From NCBI RefSeq assembly GCF_001194135.2, contig NC_068984.1, positions 125,933,636-125,997,635 of the forward strand: DNA of 64,000 nucleotides. Direction: 5' to 3'. The stretch is from Octopus bimaculoides. Lineage: Eukaryota. The notes under the pieces are model-generated. The model worked only from the letters and a program-made list of their open reading frames with translations. It did no database searches and was not told the origin of the DNA. Numbering within the stretch: the stretch's first letter is position 1; every line of letters starts with the position of its first letter. Shown piece by piece: positions 63,059 through 64,000 of this stretch. A program made the translations under genes and the position numbers.

Positions 63059-63698
63059 CATCTTAGAAAACGACACATTGGATAATGTCATTCTGGTTCC
63101 TCTGCACATAGGGAAAAGATGAGATGGTCACAACTGAAATGTCTGTTGATCATAGGTGCAGGTGAGGCTGTGTGGCAAGAAGTTTGCTTCCCAACCACAT
63201 GGTTCTAGGTTCAGTCCCACTGCATGGCAGCTTGAGCAAATGTCTTGTATAGTTCTAGGCCTACCAAAAGTCTTGTGAATGGATTTGGTAAACAGAAATT
63301 GAAAGAAGCCCATTGATTGTGTGTGTGTGTGTATTTAGCCCTGCCACCTGTTTGGCAACCAGTTGGTTTGTTTATATCCCTGTGACTTAGTGGTTCAGCT
63401 AAGAGAAACCAATAGAATAAGTACCAGACTTTTATTTTAAAAAAAGGTACTGGGGTTGATTTGTTCTATTAAATCTTTCAAGGTGCTGCCCAAGCATGCC
63501 CACGGTTTAGTGACTGAAGCAAATAAAAAATAAAAGGGAACAGCTAAATCTGCTTGATTAGGGGCAAACCTGGGACTAAAAACAACAATAACAACAACAA
63601 CTGCCTTAGTTATAGAGAAAAGACTGCTGTATCTACTAATGCCATTCTGTTTTTCCCAACAGACGAAAGTGAAGGAGATGATTTACTCTCTGTCGTAG
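315..63698 (+). CDS. WASHC4: WASH complex subunit 4 (SWIP/KIAA1033), multi-exon gene; 33 exons visible, 3' end probably beyond the window, about 55 N-terminal codons missing
   Basis: Spliced translation matches human WASHC4 colinearly along its length (WEFDxxDDGS, [14 protein letters not shown], [33 protein letters not shown], [16 protein letters not shown], [20 protein letters not shown]). All introns are GT-AG with consistent phases except the junction 9087/11675. Confidence 0.97.
5800..6085. repeat. Compound (TA)/(TG)/(TATG) microsatellite
   Basis: Visible directly; representative of many such tracts (e.g. 15327-15382, 25900-25995, 59625-59760). Confidence 0.95.
6770..7066 (-). mobile_element. 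hAT transposase remnant, C-terminal dimerisation domain
   Basis: [57 protein letters not shown] matches the hAT motif (S.A.CERSFS.LK.IK..LRSTM.Q.RL..LAILSIE). Confidence 0.88.
7943..8357 (+). mobile_element. RTE-type LINE 3' UTR/tail fragment with (GAT)n tail
   Basis: Same ...aggaagggcatccagctgtagaaac...gcatggaaagcggacgttaaacgatgatgat end as the copies joined to RTE ORF sequence at 36.3 kb and 61.6 kb; internal ~60-bp subrepeats. Confidence 0.8.
8948..9087 (+). CDS. WASHC4: WASHC4 visible exon 2
   Basis: (K)[46 protein letters not shown]; ttttcag / gtaagt; ends in phase 0. Confidence 0.96.
9838..10226. other. Assembly gap (others: 3723-4486, 17254-17453, 25996-26481, 31179-31282, 36522-36627, 38219-38228, 54864-54873, 58454-58463, 61912-62116)
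   Basis: N runs. Confidence 0.99.
10227..10430 (+). mobile_element. 3' half of a tRNA-derived SINE (same family as 13256-13626), 5' part in the gap
   Basis: Near-identical to the reverse complement of 13260-13440; (CAA)n tail. Confidence 0.8.
10994..11228 (+). mobile_element. tRNA-derived SINE (family B, CORE-like body), inserted in a degenerate minisatellite
   Basis: A-box-like tggcagaatcgtta, B-box-like gagttcaaatgcc, body gcctttcatcctttcggggtcgataaattaagtacc; related copies at ~2040-2300(-), 2640-2870(+), 18790-18955(+), 62760-62850(+). Confidence 0.75.
11675..11742 (+). CDS. WASHC4: WASHC4 visible exon 3
   Basis: (x)[22 protein letters not shown], matching human ...EGDCQIQMGRFISFLQ; ttgcag / gtaacc; starts in phase 1. 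Confidence 0.9.
13084..13166 (+). CDS. WASHC4: WASHC4 visible exon 4
   Basis: [27 protein letters not shown](K); ttgcag / gtaagt. Confidence 0.95.
13256..13626 (-). mobile_element. Full-length tRNA-derived SINE with 14-bp target-site duplication
   Basis: Minus strand begins ggaggcgcaatggcccagtggttaggg (A box) ... ggtttcgattccc (B box); TSD acaacaccatagct at 13242-13255 and 13627-13640. Confidence 0.9.
15214..15256 (+). CDS. WASHC4: WASHC4 visible exon 5 (43 nt)
   Basis: (K)[14 protein letters not shown], matching human KIIETTGVHFQ; cttcag / gtgagt. Confidence 0.92.
16667..16770 (+). CDS. WASHC4: WASHC4 visible exon 6
   Basis: [34 protein letters not shown](R); ttccag / gtaagt. Confidence 0.95.
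17488..17894 (+). mobile_element. RTE-clade LINE ORF fragment (post-RT region), disrupted
   Basis: [45 protein letters not shown]...[21 protein letters not shown]; in-frame stop and frameshift. Confidence 0.88.
18393..18513 (+). CDS. WASHC4: WASHC4 visible exon 7
   Basis: (R)[40 protein letters not shown]; ccccag / gtcagt. Confidence 0.95.
19219..19429. mobile_element. TTAA-flanked MITE (piggyBac-like)
   Basis: Perfect 11-bp inverted termini ttaaacattta...taaatgtttaa; interior homologous to copies at 33714-33924 and 47430-47633. Confidence 0.7.
19650..19894 (-). mobile_element. tRNA-derived SINE with Meta/V-like central domain
   Basis: Minus strand: gcgtggcttagtggttagg (A box), ggtttcgattcc (B box), gcgatggactggcgtcccatccag...tagaaaccggg; older copy at ~39735-39965(-); domain name from memory. 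Confidence 0.75.
20590..20710 (+). CDS. WASHC4: WASHC4 visible exon 8
   Basis: [40 protein letters not shown](G); ttacag / gtaagt. Confidence 0.95.
22167..22294 (+). CDS. WASHC4: WASHC4 visible exon 9
   Basis: (G)[42 protein letters not shown]; tctcag / gtaaat. Confidence 0.95.
22355..22800 (+). mobile_element. Composite tRNA-derived SINE (family A head + (CA/TG)n + 3' module)
   Basis: gggttcagtcccac B box, tgtcttctactatagcc body, microsatellite linker, 3' ...gcagtagtccagcatggcc...taaaagataaaag; similar copies at 11940-12455(-), 14300-14650(-), 16900-17253(-), 30230-30465(-), 38945-39312(-), 63155-63530(+). Confidence 0.75.
23647..23807 (+). CDS. WASHC4: WASHC4 visible exon 10
   Basis: [53 protein letters not shown](R); atacag / gtaaca; followed by a 13.4-kb intron. 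Confidence 0.94.
24603..24854. repeat. Imperfect fold-back (palindromic) element with ~106-bp arms
   Basis: gaagtagataaggctataaataatagcatgtgaaatattggg pairs with cccaacatcttacatgctattatttatagcttgatctacttt; inner gggactcgaacccacatct pairs with agatgtgagttcaagtccc. Confidence 0.85.
26735..28556 (-). mobile_element. Decayed RTE-clade LINE (partial RT, C-terminus, 3' UTR and (GAT)n tail)
   Basis: Minus-strand fragments [89 protein letters not shown]...[11 protein letters not shown]; many stops and frameshifts. Confidence 0.9.
29639..29705 (-). pseudogene. tRNA-Glu(TTC)-derived pseudogene
   Basis: Minus strand TCCCATGTGGTCTAG...CT TTC AC CCAGGCGACCTGGATTTGATTCCTGGCATGGGAA aligns with metazoan tRNA-Glu-TTC; D-loop to anticodon 5' stem replaced by a short inverted duplication; T-loop mutated. 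Confidence 0.75.
29708..30091. repeat. 384-bp fold-back (palindromic) element, MITE-like
   Basis: acatcttcaaaatttagtcattaagatattttt... pairs with ...aaaaatatcttaatgactaaattttgaagatgt; pairing continues inward to ttacccata / tatgggtaa around a ~16-nt loop. Confidence 0.92.
30950..31460. repeat. (CT)n-rich polypyrimidine tract with repeated ~55-bp spacer units
   Basis: gaagagaagaaaagtgtttataacagtcatatttaattgataattcataattctct recurs at ~31065 and ~31338, and partially at ~31283. Confidence 0.85.
32364..32581 (+). mobile_element. RTE-type 3' tail copy adjacent to a long (CA)n (32275-32363)
   Basis: Conserved tail ending gcatggaaagcggacgttaaacgatgatgat. Confidence 0.8.
34104..34589. repeat. 353-bp-period direct repeat (~1.3 units) ending in a 36-bp hairpin
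   Basis: 34104-34204 recurs at 34457-34557; 34513-34548 and 34554-34589 are inverted copies. Confidence 0.85.
35758..36160 (-). mobile_element. Older RTE-type 3' end fragment
   Basis: (CAT)n followed by the diverged reverse-complement tail tccatgctggcatgggttggacgg...cccttcctaacgccaaccac. Confidence 0.75.
36248..37022. mobile_element. Tc1/mariner MITE interrupted by a young RTE insertion
   Basis: TA-flanked TIRs: ta|cagtggggtgctgaaaagttcctgg and ccaggaacttttcagcaccccctca|ta. Confidence 0.85.
36339..36920 (-). mobile_element. Young 5'-truncated RTE-clade LINE (contains gap 36522-36627)
   Basis: Open C-terminal frame [79 protein letters not shown] plus 3' UTR and (GAT)n tail. Confidence 0.92.
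37169..37286 (+). CDS. WASHC4: WASHC4 visible exon 11
   Basis: (R)[39 protein letters not shown]; tttcag / gtaagc. Confidence 0.94.
38050..38560. repeat. Compound (CT)n/(CTAT)n higher-order repeat
   Basis: tatttatcaaccatctactatttatctatctgtctatctagcatctactctctct occurs three times. Confidence 0.85.
38690..38815 (+). CDS. WASHC4: WASHC4 visible exon 12
   Basis: [42 protein letters not shown]; ttgcag / gtaagt. Confidence 0.95.
38945..39312 (-). mobile_element. Near full-length composite tRNA-derived SINE (family A)
   Basis: Minus strand: cacatggttccgggttcattcccactgcgtggcac...gaaagaagcccgtcg, (TA/TG)n, then ...ggtggtgctccagcatggccgcagtcaaatgactgaaacaagtaaaagag. Confidence 0.85.
39404..39511 (+). 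CDS. WASHC4: WASHC4 visible exon 13
   Basis: [36 protein letters not shown]; tttcag / gtaagt. Confidence 0.95.
40513..40603 (+). CDS. WASHC4: WASHC4 visible exon 14
   Basis: [30 protein letters not shown](G); ttgcag / gtaaat. Confidence 0.96.
42045..42100 (+). CDS. WASHC4: WASHC4 visible exon 15
   Basis: (G)[18 protein letters not shown]; tcctag / gtaagt. Confidence 0.93.
42351..42430 (+). CDS. WASHC4: WASHC4 visible exon 16
   Basis: [26 protein letters not shown](S); ttgcag / gtaagt. Confidence 0.92.
42826..42931 (+). CDS. WASHC4: WASHC4 visible exon 17
   Basis: (S)[35 protein letters not shown]; cctcag / gtaagt; a second in-frame acceptor would start the exon at 42832. Confidence 0.93.
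43324..43502. repeat. Fold-back element, 79-bp arms with 21-nt loop
   Basis: Arms differ at 9 of 79 positions by hand alignment, all transitions. Confidence 0.88.
44184..44300 (+). CDS. WASHC4: WASHC4 visible exon 18
   Basis: [39 protein letters not shown]; ttccag / gtactt. Confidence 0.94.
45056..45224 (+). CDS. WASHC4: WASHC4 visible exon 19
   Basis: [56 protein letters not shown](T); cctcag / gtaagt. Confidence 0.96.
46259..46413 (+). CDS. WASHC4: WASHC4 visible exon 20
   Basis: (T)[51 protein letters not shown]; cattag / gtaaga. Confidence 0.97.
46924..46998 (+). CDS. WASHC4: WASHC4 visible exon 21
   Basis: [25 protein letters not shown]; ttacag / gtcagt. Confidence 0.97.
47430..47633. 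mobile_element. TTAA-flanked MITE (piggyBac-like)
   Basis: ttaactctttag ... ctaaaaggttaa termini; homologous to 19219-19429 and, in opposite orientation, 33714-33924. Confidence 0.75.
47670..47774 (+). CDS. WASHC4: WASHC4 visible exon 22
   Basis: [35 protein letters not shown]; ttacag / gtgagt. Confidence 0.97.
48298..48741 (+). mobile_element. RTE-type 3' UTR/tail copy inserted into a degenerate minisatellite
   Basis: ~60-bp subrepeats (gccagt...ctggc...gtgc.ggtggcacgtaaa), then the conserved tail and (GAT)n. Confidence 0.85.
49173..49469. mobile_element. hAT (Charlie-like) MITE with perfect 8-bp TSD
   Basis: TIR caggggttttcaaact / agtttgaaaacccctg; TSD ctctatgc at 49165-49172 and 49470-49477. 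Confidence 0.95.
49654..49743 (+). CDS. WASHC4: WASHC4 visible exon 23
   Basis: [30 protein letters not shown]; tttcag / gtactt. Confidence 0.97.
51721..51765 (+). CDS. WASHC4: WASHC4 visible exon 24 (45 nt)
   Basis: [15 protein letters not shown], matching human DIRFFREIKDQNDHK; ttgcag / gtactg. Confidence 0.92.
53753..53861 (+). CDS. WASHC4: WASHC4 visible exon 25
   Basis: [36 protein letters not shown](G); atgcag / gtaagt. Confidence 0.97.
53942..54260 (+). mobile_element. tRNA-derived SINE with 11-bp flanking direct repeat
   Basis: gctcagtggttagag (A box), gagtttgattcc (B box), tcttgagcaagacacttta...cagttcactcagctgtaaaaatgag; aggtcacaatg at 53931-53941 and 54261-54271. Confidence 0.75.
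54427..54580 (+). CDS. WASHC4: WASHC4 visible exon 26
   Basis: (G)[50 protein letters not shown](K); ttgcag / gtaagt. Confidence 0.97.
54722..55018 (+). mobile_element. RTE-type 3' tail copy (spans 10-N gap with duplicated flanks)
   Basis: Conserved tail and (GAT)n. Confidence 0.8.
56463..56526 (+). CDS. WASHC4: WASHC4 visible exon 27
   Basis: (K)[21 protein letters not shown]; caccag / gtaagt. Confidence 0.95.
57087..57170 (+). CDS. WASHC4: WASHC4 visible exon 28
   Basis: [28 protein letters not shown]; ccacag / gtaagt. Confidence 0.96.
57457..57687 (+). mobile_element. 5' fragment of a mariner transposon (left TIR and start of transposase)
   Basis: ta|tgagggggtgttca TIR; ATG at 57595 gives [31 protein letters not shown], resembling the mariner N-terminal HTH (EYRAVIKFL.L.G..P.EI). 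Confidence 0.7.
57847..58125. mobile_element. hAT (Charlie-like) MITE, second copy, perfect 8-bp TSD
   Basis: Same TIRs and interior as 49173-49469, with a short internal deletion; TSD ttttagac at 57839-57846 and 58126-58133. Confidence 0.95.
58746..58842 (+). CDS. WASHC4: WASHC4 visible exon 29
   Basis: [32 protein letters not shown](G); cttcag / gtaaga. Confidence 0.96.
59361..59455 (+). CDS. WASHC4: WASHC4 visible exon 30
   Basis: (G)[31 protein letters not shown]; ttgcag / gttagt. Confidence 0.96.
60114..60215 (+). CDS. WASHC4: WASHC4 visible exon 31
   Basis: [34 protein letters not shown]; weaker AAG acceptor (ttgaag) / gtatga; 34 codons, same length as the human segment. Confidence 0.92.
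60424..60740 (+). mobile_element. RTE-type 3' UTR/tail copy
   Basis: Conserved tail and (GAT)n; inverted relative to the 61613 copy. Confidence 0.85.
61613..62350 (-). mobile_element. Young 5'-truncated RTE-clade LINE (contains gap 61912-62116)
   Basis: [78 protein letters not shown] plus tail. Confidence 0.92.
62603..62690 (+). CDS. WASHC4: WASHC4 visible exon 32
   Basis: [29 protein letters not shown](D); ctttag / gtatca; ends in phase 1. Confidence 0.95.
63663..63698 (+). CDS. WASHC4: WASHC4 putative exon 33 (36 nt, phase 1-1) in the divergent C-terminal tail
   Basis: Polypyrimidine tract ttctgtttttcccaacag, open phase-1 frame (D)[11 protein letters not shown](x), donor AG|gtgagc; homology to the human tail is not recognisable. 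Confidence 0.6.
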   Translation, partial: TKVKEMIYSLS

Positions 63699-63947
63699 GT
63701 GAGCACGGATCAAGACCTGATCTCCTGACCCTGACCCTGACCCTGTTACTCCCACCGACCTTTGACTTTTGTTCATTCGTTCTATTTGCTTTACCCTTGA
63801 ACCATTTTCTGGGTTTTTTTTTGTTTTTTTTTTTACCAGCCTCATCTTATGTCTCGCCATTCCTTCCTCACACCTCACCCCAGTTACCTCGATATCACCT
63901 TAATTCAGTTGACCCTGTTACTGGGAACCATTGCTTTTTCAGCAAGC

Positions 63948-63992
<45 letters not shown>

Positions 63993-64000
63993 TTATAATG

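Noticed and set aside
62634-63122. 162-aa ORF overlapping exon 32
   Set aside because: Different frame from WASHC4; runs through low-complexity and SINE sequence.
63699-64000. WASHC4 frame stays open past the 63698 donor to the window end
   Set aside because: The read-through encodes poly-F/poly-N from T tracts and (AAT)n, and the AG|gtgagc donor is strong; intron more likely.

Overview
AT-rich eukaryotic draft-assembly DNA with 10 N-gaps. It is dense in microsatellites, tRNA-derived SINEs, RTE-type LINE remnants and MITEs. The repeat repertoire suggests a coleoid cephalopod, probably Octopus (inferred from remembered repeat families, not a database search). Almost the whole window is one + strand gene, WASHC4 (SWIP/KIAA1033, WASH complex subunit 4). 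I located 33 GT-AG exons from the ATG at 315 to a 36-nt exon at 63663-63698 (3294 coding nt); the stop codon is probably beyond the window. Exon phases chain correctly except once: about 55 conserved codons expected between 9087 and 11675 are absent, probably lost in or near the gap at 9838-10226. Most entries in the supplied ORF track are microsatellite, N-gap or repeat artefacts. I see no second host gene, no CRISPR array and no new multi-gene system. The best leads are intronic: two tRNA-associated long fold-back (palindromic) elements, a fully paired 36-bp hairpin at the end of a 353-bp-period duplication, very young RTE copies in inverted orientation (possible ADAR or back-splicing substrates), modular SINEs and a few splice/translation features. 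All comparisons to human WASHC4 and to repeat families were made by eye from memory.
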